Positions 37,801-48,717 of a stretch of 64,000 bases of DNA are shown piece after piece. Numbering within the stretch: position 1 is the first letter of the stretch; each line of letters begins with the position of its first letter. Origin of the DNA: Schmidtea nova (Eukaryota); assembly GCA_044892505.1 (NCBI GenBank), contig CM097882.1, positions 167,958,001 through 168,022,000 of the forward strand. The letters run 5' to 3'. The position numbers and the translations under genes were made by a program. Under the pieces are notes generated by a model. It was given only the letters and a program-made list of their open reading frames with translations, did no database searches and was not told the origin of the DNA.

Positions 37801-37940
37801 AACCTCGGTTTTCCGATGTTTATCCATGTTTCTTCATTCATCACTGATATTGATGCCCCCGAATCCCATAACATTTCTACTTCAACCGTATTAATAACCA
37901 TCTTACTCCATTCTCTTCCATCGCTCGTCTGATACTTCAT
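34866..37940 (-). CDS. Gypsy Pol (PR-RT-RNase H-integrase); frame open upstream into gag (-1)
   Basis: DSGAS, YLDD, DTDA/RKELLAL/TDHKAL, HHCC, D-D-E and GPY motifs; no stops. Confidence 0.96.
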   Translation of the reverse strand: MKYQTSDGREWSKMVINTVEVEMLWDSGASISVMNEETWINIGKPRLDASDLTICGVFPGSKRPLGRTMVEAKWNQKQRNICIVVMRDIRPGFIGGVDTMKAFGIQLVEVKSIEDNEIKTNINDKDRLLKAKTDLLKEENIELEKLITDFASIFMATKFDLGYTTTVVHKIKTTGNPVMQYPRRQPMHLERKVDDLIQKLVEARVIRRCQSPWNAPLVIVGKKDGSIRMCADYRSLNSLTEKESFPMPNITQLLDCLAGAKFFSSLDLGQAYYQVALAAESQEKTAFSTKSGQFCFERLPFGLTTAPATFQRFMNTMLEGILFNGAVVYLDDILIYGKDKSEHDSRLKEVFERIRSTGVKINSEKCKIYKDKLIFLGHTVSEFGIQTNEEKIRVIREATRPKCAKQLRSFLGLTNYYRRFVKDYARLAAPLYAATTGCDKTLQWSQKCETSFENLKEALMKTPVLDYPRMDRVFVLDTDACFEAVGAVLSQITEEGKEVVIAYGSRHLTAHEKGYCVTRKELLALHEFVTYFRQYLYGKEFIARTDHKALVFMNTTKKAISPQFQTWMVNLSEYNFKFQYRKGVEHGNADGLSRIGGMLCAQCQTQHEEPKKERARVRYINSIQKTGTMMKIMEEQKKDKGFQGAWNYINEFLNEEEDFFKKSFLYAHKDRLKINDDLITVERESNDLVAVPESHQKQLVKKIHEELCHVGGKKVFHYMENSFFWPKMCETVRHVVKECSICARRKIDQGRTKELFIPRGSNGFLEQIVVDVAHMEKTRSGKRYVIVIIDRFSKLVCLTATEKQDEMTIFRIILHNWIYKYGKPESILSDKGKNFEGRYMKEKFEVLGIRQEFSAPYQHQSNGLVERVIRTMRDLLVTSILSNNRRYEWCEILPRVEFSINATFQSATKYSPFEIVYGRKVSLHANGQGSEIKGQRVDEKVVQNAKLAADRMRILEKDRRGKRSFEVGEEVLVRREPHRRNKNDIQYDGPYKIVRFLSEHQVELQFPDARRPRRIEWLKRWHQS

Positions 37941-37972
37941 GCTTCTTCTCCTGTCATTTCGATTTTCTTCAT

Positions 37973-39169
37973 TTATATCTGCGATCCCATTGACGAAATG
38001 TGTGCGATGGGATCGTTGGCATTTTTTCTTACTTCTACTTCATGTGGTTGACACTCACTTCCGTATTCATCTCTAAAATCATAACTATTTATCTGCTGAT
38101 CCTCCATTTCTTCGTGTATACATGATATCTTCTTGACGTTGGTGTTGTAACCTCGTCGTTCATTCAGAAGGTTACAATTTCTAAAATTGTGTCCGTTCTT
38201 CCCGCAAATCAAACATTTATCCTTTAAAGGGCATTCAAAACGCCTATGTCCTTCTTCTCCGCAACAAAAACATTGACCTGATTTGAGTTCGCATGGCCTT
38301 GGTTCTGGTAACCCCATATGTCTGTTGTATAACCGTTTGGCTATATGTTTCAGAGATACAGTTGGCATCTTCTTTTCACCCGTCTGCTGTCCTTTCCATC
38401 TTTGGGACTCTGGTTGTTCATATCTTCCGTATTCCACTTTGTTTTCGAAACTTCTGGGTTCTTTCCGTATATATGGTCTTTGCTTTCCTCTCTCCAATTC
38501 CTCTCGATTTCTTAGACCCTCTTTGAATTTTTCCGCATATGACATTGGTTTCACTGCCAAAATTTCTTCAGATCTGTCCTCTGTTTTCTCATAAATTTTT
38601 GCTAAATCATTTCTCTCTTTGTGATCCATCTTAGGTTTCGTCGTAAGTACCTCTTTTAATCTTTTATCTCTCACTCTGTGCATAATAATCTCACTTACTA
38701 TTTCTTCCTTTGACAATCCTGAATATAAAACTTCTTCCACGATTTTGAGAACTCGAATCTCGAAAGTAGCAAAACGTTCGTTGTCATCTTGTCTGATAGT
38801 TGAAAGATCCTTGATTTTATCTAATATTGACTTTTTTATAGTGAATGTTTCTATAAACCATTCTCTAGCATCATCCTCTGATGTGTCTTCGGTTTTGAAA
38901 TTCTTCCACAAGATTGACGCTTCTTCCGATAACAACAAATCAAAAGCTTCCGTCCGTTTTAGATCATTTCTTATAATCCACTCATCGATCGCTTTAATCC
39001 ATTTTTCTGCTTCCTTAGCGCATCTTCCATCGTATCTACGAATTTCAACGTCTAAGATTTCTTGAGCCTTCTTTGGTAAAACATCTCTTGCTGATTTCTT
39101 ATCTTGGCTACGTGTTTTAACTGCGTTAATTTCGGCGTGGTCGCCAGTAACTATCTTAATATCTGACAT
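37973..39169 (-). CDS. Gypsy Gag, 398 aa, two CCHC knuckles
   Basis: CFCCGEEGHRRFEC and CLICGKNGHNFRNC; the only early in-frame ATG lies inside the 5' LTR. Confidence 0.9.
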   Translation of the reverse strand: MSDIKIVTGDHAEINAVKTRSQDKKSARDVLPKKAQEILDVEIRRYDGRCAKEAEKWIKAIDEWIIRNDLKRTEAFDLLLSEEASILWKNFKTEDTSEDDAREWFIETFTIKKSILDKIKDLSTIRQDDNERFATFEIRVLKIVEEVLYSGLSKEEIVSEIIMHRVRDKRLKEVLTTKPKMDHKERNDLAKIYEKTEDRSEEILAVKPMSYAEKFKEGLRNREELERGKQRPYIRKEPRSFENKVEYGRYEQPESQRWKGQQTGEKKMPTVSLKHIAKRLYNRHMGLPEPRPCELKSGQCFCCGEEGHRRFECPLKDKCLICGKNGHNFRNCNLLNERRGYNTNVKKISCIHEEMEDQQINSYDFRDEYGSECQPHEVEVRKNANDPIAHISSMGSQI

Positions 39170-39277
39170 CAAAAATAAACAATTTAACAATTGAAAAACT
39201 TAATATTTATTTTTAAAAACAACTCCTTCTTGTTGCTTATTTAAACAACTTGTTTTTTTAATAATCATTACATTACT
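39146..39277 (-). repeat. 5' LTR (132 bp)
   Basis: Ends AGTTACT, overlapping the first T of the PBS. Confidence 0.95.
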
Positions 39278-39906
39278 CTTTCAAATACCTTAATTTGCTT
39301 TATCCATTTTTATTTTCTTATTATTATTGTTTATATATTTAAATGTTGGTCAAATGGTGGACCCAACACATTTTATTAATAAAATCTGATTTTTATAAGC
39401 TCTTTCGATTGACTGCAATTAAATTATGACACTGAAAAAATCTTAGCTTACTTAGTAGATAAACTTTATTCGTGAAAAAAATTGCGTCCCATAAAATAGA
39501 ACATTGGCCATTTATGAGTTAACTGGTTTCATTTTTAGTGAATCTTTAATTTTGTTTGATTTCTGATAAATGAAAAGATTTTGCATTTAAGATGATGGCT
39601 AATTTTGTTCTCTTAATTATACTGGTCATTATCTGTATGCAACCGATCAGATTCGTTTATTTGTATTACACATGACATGCGTGTATTGTACATGATATGT
39701 GTTGTACACGTGTTGAAAGTTCATGACTCATATGATTAATTTTATGCATATATATTGCATCTCGATAGCAAACTATTTTTAAATACAGGTAAAAAAGTTG
39801 TATTCATTTAAATTACAGGTCAACAAATTACTAGGTTGATTACTTACCATCAATAAAATCTACTTAATAACTATTTATATTAATTAATAACTACTCAAAA
39901 ATTATT

Positions 39907-40128
39907 ATCAATAATTCTCATAATGACTATAGATCAAATTTTTTTTTATAAACAATAACACAATATTTCGGCACAGCCTTTATCAAGTGTGTATTAAATA
40001 CACACTTGATAAAGGCAGTGCCGAAATATTGTGTTATTGTTTATAAAAAAAATTTGATCTATAGTCATTATGAGAATTATTGATAATAATAATAAAAAAA
40101 GATCAAAGGTGAAAAAAGATAATTATGA
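39907..40128 (+). mobile_element. Penelope-like pLTR palindrome plus tail with a 13-15-bp TSD
   Basis: Palindrome 39901-40090 centred on 39996 (one mismatch, one homopolymer indel); tail GATCAAAGGTGAAAAAAGATAATTATGA; TACTCAAAAATTATT at 39892-39906 and 40129-40143. Confidence 0.75.
40002..40034 (+). ncRNA. Minimal hammerhead-like motif (U3-A8 variant)
   Basis: ACAC-UUGAUAA-A-GGC(AGU)GCC-GAA-AUAU-U-GUGU. Confidence 0.65.
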
Positions 40129-40407
40129 TACTCAAAAATTATTTATAAAACTATTATGGATTACTTTTCCATCAATAAAAACTTTATTCTAAATTTAAAC
40201 AAAGACAAGTCTATGAACTAAACATGTCTTAAAACAAAAATAAACAAAAACTATTTTAAAAACTACTTATAAAAAAATTAAGAATAATTTTTCCATCAAA
40301 ACGCATACAATTATTAAAAGATTAAAATCAAAGATTTCATTTCGTTCAGAAATTTCATCAAATTAACAATCTTGGAAATGCGGATGAATCAAATCATTTC
40401 TATAGTC

Positions 40408-41200
40408 CTAATCATTCAGCTCCGTCAATAAATCTAGGTAATCAATTTGATCTGGAGCATTAATATCATTCGGATCATTGATATTATCAGGATCATTGAT
40501 ATCATCCTTGAATAAATCTGTATCTTTCCCAACACCTATAACCATACCAATTCCTCTATAATGACCATACGCATAACTTTGATTTTTACCCACCCAATTT
40601 CTCTTATCGTCAGCATTACTAAGAGCCCTTTGATTATTATTTATACTAAAATGTTGGTAGTTTTTACTAGTTAAACGAAATTGGGGCATAGTATATATTT
40701 AATTATTATTATAACAATTAAGATACGACTGGTGGGTTAGTCCCGTATCTTTCATAGTTATTCCTTTTCTTTCATGCTATTGCATTTAGGTCTTAAAAAT
40801 AATCATTCGTCATATCCAAGACCTTTGCTCTCGTTTTTAAATTTCCCTAAAAAAAGTCAAGGTTCATTGAATATAACGAATGAGCCGTATCATGATTTGA
40901 TGTGTCAAGTAAATTGTCTCTTACCATTGGTGGTAAGAGAATATTAATTTTGAAGTTTATTATTTCGAGAAAAAAGAAATCAGTTTCTCCAGCAATAATA
41001 TTGATTTGACAATTAAAGTTATCATGATATTTTTTCAAATCAATATACTGCAGCTAGTATACTCACAGTTTGGATAGATCTAGCATTGATTGACCAATGT
41101 AACTAAGTACATCCAAACTCAACGAATCCTTTTGTAATATTATTGATATTAAATCGTAGTCTATTTTATTGCTCTTTTTAAAATTACCTTTTGAGCAGTA
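40408..41200 (-). pseudogene. Polinton/Maverick protein-primed family B DNA polymerase, C-terminal relic
   Basis: In order: YIGQSMLDLSKL, AGETD (DTDS-like), LDTSN..HSLYS, LGKFKNE, FLRPK, RKGI, ALSNADDKR...AYGHY; stops and frameshifts. Confidence 0.8.
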
Positions 41201-41635
41201 TGTTAATAACATTTGCGCTGAATTACACAGTCTTAAATTAATACGCTTTTTTAAGTTTTCAACGGTTTTACCGTATAAACTTTTTAGGAGTTTACTATAG
41301 TTTTTTTGTGTATTTCTAACACTTGTCCTAAGTTTGGTATTATGTTATGTTAATATCCGGTTTATTTTATATTGCCTAGGGTGTTATGTTTGGATAACGC
41401 CATAAATTACATCCCACGATTGTATGCACATGAGATTCCTAGCGTCCCATGTTGATGATGCATAAATCAGCGTAAACCAAGTTGGCAGGTGAACGGCTTC
41501 GAGAGCAACTATTTGCAACTTGCGTTCACTATGGATTCTTGGGCCGGTAGGAAGTCTAATTCTTTTATATATCCTTTAGGTGAAATGATGAACAATTTAT
41601 TTGGACGGGAGTGGAACAACGAATTCATGAAACAA

Positions 41636-41637
<2 letters not shown>

Positions 41638-41691
<54 letters not shown>
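41638..41691. repeat. (TA)n left of the Gypsy
   Basis: Pure run abutting the LTR. Confidence 0.95.
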
Positions 41692-41698
<7 letters not shown>

Positions 41699-42623
41699 TA
41701 CAGAAAAGTTTGAAATTGTTGTTGCGTGACTGATATCAGTAGTGTTTTGGGTACGGAAACCCCCTTTATTGTTCATGTGGTCGCCGAGTTAATTGTAGTG
41801 GCTTTAGTTGAGACCATAATTGTTTTAGAGTGTAGTTATTATAATTGTTATAATTATTTATAATTCAAAATTTTTTGAATTTGGCTTACTATAGCAAATG
41901 CTATAGTAAGCCAAATCACAAATAAATATTATAGATTTTTTTTATAAATTTATAAATATCTGAAGCAAACTAAGAACGATAGACAGTTAAGAATTTTTTT
42001 AATTAATCTTGGAAATTAAACAACTTATCAACAAATTACTAAATATAAAGCGTACGCTGAAACTGAATATCAATCAAAAGACTAGATCGGAATCAGAAGT
42101 TTGCCTAGACCAATTTATCACAAACATTCAGTTCCTATGAATACTTCCATAGATAAAAAGATAGTAGATATCACCCCAAACACTCCATAAATAACATTCC
42201 ACAAATAAAAAACTTTGAATTTGAGTTAGAGGATTGTCGAAATTCAGTCCCTACGAAGCTTTCAATAGATAAAAGACAGAAGATAAAGTAAAGTAAATTA
42301 AAGAAATTTTGTATAGTTGTGTTGTGATAACTTTTATTGTGATAACAATTTAATTGATAATATTTGCTTGATTTTATTATTTTGATTTTACTGTTTTCGC
42401 ATCACATAGCATACACCCCGAGTGTCTGCACACAATTATCGCAAGACTCTCTCGAACGCTTACATTTCTCTTTGTACATACTTACAAACACCATATAAAC
42501 AGTAAAAGACTCATATATTAACAATATATAGGTATATCTAATTATAATAAAACGTTCAACCTAACATACTAAATAATAACAGACTCTAAAGACATTCAAA
42601 ACAAGTAAATTGTAACCTTAACA
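41692..42623 (+). repeat. 5' LTR (932 bp)
   Basis: About 8 substitutions versus 50187-51118 by eye; the start could be 2 nt earlier (ambiguous with the TA tract). Confidence 0.93.
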
Positions 42624-42812
42624 ACTGGTGTCAGAAGGAAAAAAACAATAAAACACACATTCGACGAATTTTTTTCAAATCACCTTCTCCTTTTAGAATA
42701 GTTATTATAGAAATTTAAAGGAAGGTGAGATCTTTTGGCTGAACACAGTAAGCCATATCCTTGAAACAAACTCGTTTTCTTTGCATCAACAAGCAACACA
42801 TAAATAAAAGCG

Positions 42813-43990
42813 ATGGCAACCAACCAACTAAACCAAATAAATGTTACCCAAACACCCATTGACAATGAAAATGCACAATCCCAACACCAAAACAACAACT
42901 ACTATTACAACCCCGAAAACACACACACCATAAACTCTGTAATTAACCCGAAACCAACCTACCAAACTACTTCACTGATGAAAATGGCACTCCACAAAAA
43001 TGGCTGGAATTTGCTAAATTAACATCTACATTGTCTGGAATACAATCCACAAAACCCCTATGCTCCAATATCATAGCCGCACTCCCCAGTAACAAACTAA
43101 ATGAAATCACGGATCAGGTTGAAGAAATTTCTAAGGATGACGACCCCTTTAACAAACTGTGTAACATCCTTACGAATAAAAATAATATAAACAAAAGACA
43201 AATGCTAGAGTCATGCCTCAATAACACGCAACTAAGCGACAACAAACCAACAGATTTTCTCCGACAACTCAAGCAAAAATTGGAATACCTCCAACCTAAC
43301 ATCACAAATTCAGGCTCCAACGAATTGGTGAAAGAATTTTTCATGCGAGCAATGTCACCAGAAATCAGGAGGATTCTGGCAGCCAGCAACAACGCTGATG
43401 TTGAAACGCTTGCCGACATAGCGGATAAAATTAACGAGGAAATTTATCCGACTATATGCAGCACCCAAAACCACAACAAAAATAAAACTAACTACAATAA
43501 TCTACCAATCAACAAATACAACGAAACAAACGACAACATGAACAAACTATTAAACACACTAATCGGCAAATTCGACGAAATAATTGTCGAAAACAAACAA
43601 ATTAAAACAGAACTAGCCGAAATAAAAGAACGATGTAATAAACAAAACTTTAACTCAACACAATCATACAATAATTACAACAGATACAACCACAACAGAG
43701 ACCAAACATCCGACGGTCAAAACAAACGATTCTACAACCAACCCTCAGAATATAATAGACAAAACTACAGCCGGAATCAATCACCAAACAACAATTACAA
43801 AAACCGGTTGAACTCCCCAAATCGAGGCAACAATTACAGAAACAAAAGTCCTGAAAGAGATCCAAGGAATAATTATATAAACAAAAACCTCTGCTATTTC
43901 CACAACAAATTCGGTGGAAAAGCCTTTAAATGCACACAACCCTGCGAATTCAATAAAACAGAGCAGGGAAACCAATTAGGTCACCAATGA
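42813..43990 (+). pseudogene. Gypsy gag (frameshift near 42950)
   Basis: KPTDFLRQL, LADIADKI and CYFHNKFGGKAFKCTQPC motifs. Confidence 0.85.
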
Positions 43991-45918
43991 TAGCACCCAC
44001 ATCAGGTGACAAAAACAACACATTTTGGGAGCACAGCAATAACATAGACTTTTTAATAGACACCGGCTCGGTGATTTCATTACTGCCCCATTTTATGTAT
44101 AAAAATGCCAACAAACCAGAAAAACCATTAACAGCAGCTAACGGCACAAACATAAAAACTTTCGGGCAACAACCAATTAATTTAACCATAAACAAAAAAA
44201 TTACAACTGGACATTCACCATAGATGAGGTCCAACAAGCAATAATAGGAGCAGACTTCCTAACAAATTACGACCTCCTAGTTGACTGCAAAAACAAACAA
44301 ATAACAGAAAATACTAATGCTACAACTCCACAACGCAACACGAGCAGTGGACAAAGACCAAAGATAGACATCGGCGTCATTACGACAAACATATAAAACA
44401 AACCAAACTTGAACAAAAATATACCAGAAATCGACAAAATTCTGGAACGATTCAAAGAATTAACGGAACCCGTCCAATTCAACGACGATTCTGAAAAAAC
44501 AACTGAACACGCTATAATCACAAACGGAAATCCAGTACACGCAAAAGTAAGACCACTGGATCCCAAAAAGATAGAAATAACAAAAAACATTTTCAGCGAA
44601 CTGTTAGAAAATAACATTGTAAAACATTCCAACTCGGAATGGTCTTCAGCATTGATGCTTAAACAAAAAGCAAATGGTGAATGGAGAGCCTGCGGCGATT
44701 ACAGACTATTAAACAAAATAACAGAACCAGACAGCTACCTATTAACAATAATAAAAGACATCATAAACAGATTAAACGGCGCAAAATATTTTTCAAAAAT
44801 AGATCTACAAAAAGCATACCACTAGATCCCAATTAGAAAAGAGGACGTAAAAAATACAGCAATAACAACGCCAATCGGAATGTTCGAATACAACCGAATG
44901 CCTTTCGGTTTACGAAATGCGGCGGCAACATTCCAGCGATTCATGGATTAAACGATGAAAAACAACAAAAACACAATCGCCTACCTGGATGACATCCTAA
45001 TATCAAGCCCAGACAAAACAACACATCTAAAAGATGTAGAAATAGTGTTCGAAACACTGAACAAAGCAAAACTGAAAATAAACATACAAAAATGCGAATT
45101 CATGAGAAATGAAATAAATTTTCTGGGACACACACTAAACGACAAAGGAACACAGCCGATCGAAAACAAAATAAACAATATAAAAAACTACAAACTACCA
45201 ACTAACACAAGAGAGTTGAGAAGATTTATAGGAATGGTAAACTTCTACAATTCTTACATCCCAAACTGCAGTAAATTACTAGCACAATTAAATGACATTA
45301 TCACAACAAAACGAAATGTCACAATAAACTGGACTCAACAAACAACCGAAGCATTCGAGAAAGCCAAAGAAAGTCTTTCAACGGCAACACTACTCGGATA
45401 TCCAGACCCAGAAATAGAATACCAATTAACTACAGACTGCTCAGGTTTCGCAATGGGTGCAACAATTTTCCAGGAAAACAAATTCGGAAAACAACCACTA
45501 GGTTTCTTCTCTAAAAAGCTAAAGGCACACCAAACAAGATATTCGACTTTTGACAGAGAACTCCTAGCAATACATGATTCAATCAAACACTTCCAACATC
45601 TACTCGAAGGGCGAACTTTCAAAATATTCACCGACCACAAACAGCTAATAAACGCAATTGAAATGAAAAATCCTTCGCCAAGACAGATCAGACAAATCAA
45701 CTTCATTTCACAATTCAATTGTACAATAAACTATGTAGCAGGAAAATCAAACATAGCAGCAGACGCCTTATCCAGAACCGAAAGTGACATAAATTCCTTA
45801 GAATTCGGAGAAATAATTGATTTGGATCAAATCAAACCCAAACAAAACGAAACAATAAGGAAACTGCCTACTAAACACAGCCTGAAACTCCAGGAACTTA
45901 ACGGAGTATGGTACGATG

Positions 45919-48717
45919 TAGAGTTTGCAAAAAAACCGGTTTTTGCAAACCGCGGTTTTCGGTTTTTCAAATTTGAGAAACTGCGGTTTTCGGTTCGGTT
46001 TTCGGTTTCTAAAAAAGTAAAAGGAAATAAAAAGGCATAAGTATATTTATTGCTTTTTAAATAATATATTTCTATTTAAAAGTATAATGTATTTCATACA
46101 AGAAATATATATAATAAAATCATAGCTGCAACATATAAAATAGTAATAATGTTGTTTAATAAATAATATAACAATATTCCTATTCTGTCGACAATGCAGA
46201 TATGAATTTCTAATTCACTTACATTGTTCACAGAGAATATAAAATAACACAGATAATTAATAGTATTTTGTTTATACATTTACTATAATTCAGTAATATT
46301 AGTATATGTATGTAATCGTACATTTGTACAACTAATATAAATAAAAATTAAAATAAATTAAATAGAAAATTTCATTTAGCTGTTATTGGAATACAATAAC
46401 CAAAATTATATTGCATTATTGCAGATTTTTGTTATTTAGTTAATTAAGAACTATTATTTATTCGATAATGTTTCAAAAATACTAAAGAATTAAGCGAATA
46501 ATCACTAAGGCGTGATCTTAATTTTCTACTAAAGTTCGAAGACGTGGAAAATACCCGCTCCGATTCTGTAGACGTTGGGCGTACTGTTAAAATAGCATCG
46601 TATAGTTGTTGAAGAACTGTTGTTCTTTTGCCTGTTTTCTTATATATAGCAAATTCGTCTTTAAGAGAACTAAATGGCTTTGCAGCTACTTCTTTTGCAG
46701 CAGAATTAATAGCAGCATTTATTTCATCTGATAAAGATGTAAATGTAATATTCTGATCAGTTAGAGAATTGGTTTCACACAGAAATTCTTCACAATTATC
46801 GATTTGGTTTGGATACAACCTATTCAATAAACGAGTGCCAAAACTTAAATTTTCTTTTGTGGGTACAACTTGTTGAAGAAGGCATGACAACAAAGAACTC
46901 AATTCCCGATTCTGTCTTGAATTTAAGCGTGTTTTTATATTTTCTCGTAATTGGGTTAAAATTATGTATGTATCTCCCGAACAATTCGATTCGATACCAT
47001 CGAGCTTCTTTAACAGAAATATAATTGCACCTTTTGCTTTTTTTAGATTAGCATCTTTTCTTCCTAATGCAAGTACAGTTAGTTCTAGTGGCTTCAATAT
47101 ACTACACAACAGCTTAACTACATCAAAGTCTATCAATGAAATTAAATTTGTGGCGTTTAAATCATTTAACACTTCCCTTATCGATTCGCTAATTTTTAGA
47201 AATTTTTCTAGCATGGGATGGATAGAGTTCCATCTGTGTTGAACATCTAATTCTAAATAAAGTTCATGACCTAGCTTATCCATAACGTTTTTTTGCAAAA
47301 GATCATTACGGACTGAGGAAAATTTAAAAAAGCGAACGATAGCTCGTACTTTTTTTAGAGTTTCAGCTATTGAAATTCTCTCTCTAACTTCTTCAATGGT
47401 ATTATCTTCGCTCAAATTAAAATCACAACTATCGCTACTAAATTCGTCCTCAGTATAGGATTCTTGATTTTCTTCACTATTTTGATTATCGTCAATTTTG
47501 GAATAAAATGTGTCGCACACTGCAAGGTGAAGACCATGATTCAAGCATAATTGGACTTCTGCTGGACATTCTCTTGCATATTTCACCATGACACTAGCCC
47601 CGTCATTGGACGTTGCAACAATGTCTTGCTCAAACGAAAGATGAAACATTTTTAAATGGTCAGACACAGTTGATAGAATCTTGACTGCGTTACAAGATCC
47701 AAAAATCCTAACTAATCCAAGATTCATTACTTTTCCTTCTTTATTATGGGCATTGATGTTCATATAACGACGCTATCGTGAGCTAACCCATTCGTCCAAA
47801 GTGATACTAAATTTCTCTCCCTTTTGTTTTTCTTGGTCAAAAAAGTTTATATACATTTTTTTCTTTTTCTCATATTCAAAATGAATAAGCGCCATTGTCC
47901 CATTTTCGCTTTTTGAAACCCCTTATCACTAACAGCCTTTCGAATAAAATTAGAATTTGTTATTCCACGAATAGTAAAACCATCTTTTGTGGCCAACTCG
48001 TCCACAATCTCACCAAGTGTTAGCTTTGGAACATAATTGAAAATTGTTTTTTGTATTAACGCACTTGTGCTCGCAACAGCTGTTCTTTTGCAAGAAATTT
48101 TGTGGATATTTCGCATGTGGTTTATCATAGCAGAAGTCGATCCGTTCGAATTAGTTATTTCTACTCCACATTTATTACATTTTGCTTTATTGTCGGATTT
48201 TTTTGATGCTGGTATTTTTATAAAATATTCCCAAACCGTTGATGACATCATTTGAGGGTTTATTTGGCCACTGAAAGTGTTTCAAAAATTTGTTTAGTAA
48301 TACAAATCTACGTATTATCTTAAAAGAATTCTATAAGTACATATTCAAAATTTTAATTACCTACTCACCTATAGTTTTAAAACAATATATAATTATACAA
48401 TCCAATTATACAATCCAAGAAAGTAAATTAATGAATTATAAATTTTAATTTGTAATCAATTTTAAAGTTTTTACAAATTTATTTGACAGCTATAATTTTA
48501 TAGTGGGCATGGATTCCGACTTACTATAAAGTATGAAAAATTGCATACAATCAGGCAAAATTAATATTTTGAGAGAATTTTTTTATTTTACGTAGCTTTA
48601 AATGAAATATTTTTTGAAAACCGAAAACCGCGGTTTCTGCAGACGGTTTCCGGTTACGGTTTTTTGAGACGAAAACCGCGGTTTCGGTTTCCGGTTAACC
48701 GAACCGTGCAAACTCTA
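45919..48717 (-). mobile_element. hAT (Ac/ZBED-like) transposon
   Basis: TIR TAGAGTTTGCA; exact 8-bp TSD GTACGATG (45911-45918 and 48718-48725); clustered AAACCG/CGGTTT subterminal motifs. Confidence 0.95.
46444..48251 (-). pseudogene. BED-finger hAT transposase (one frameshift, one stop)
   Basis: WEYF..CNKC..HMRNIH BED finger; ITLDEW, SNDGA, CLNH, RWNS, SERVFS. Confidence 0.9.

Larger units (their letters stand above)
34724..39277 (-). mobile_element. Intact compact Ty3/Gypsy retrotransposon (4554 bp)
   Basis: Near-identical LTRs, 5-bp TSD CTTTC (34719-34723 and 39278-39282), PBS TGGCGACCACGCCG, PPT GAGGAGGGGAA, unbroken gag and pol. Confidence 0.96.

Noticed and set aside
41380-41637. Coding-looking segment left of the TA tract
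   Set aside because: No recognisable motif in six frames; the listed 74-aa ORF runs into the microsatellite.
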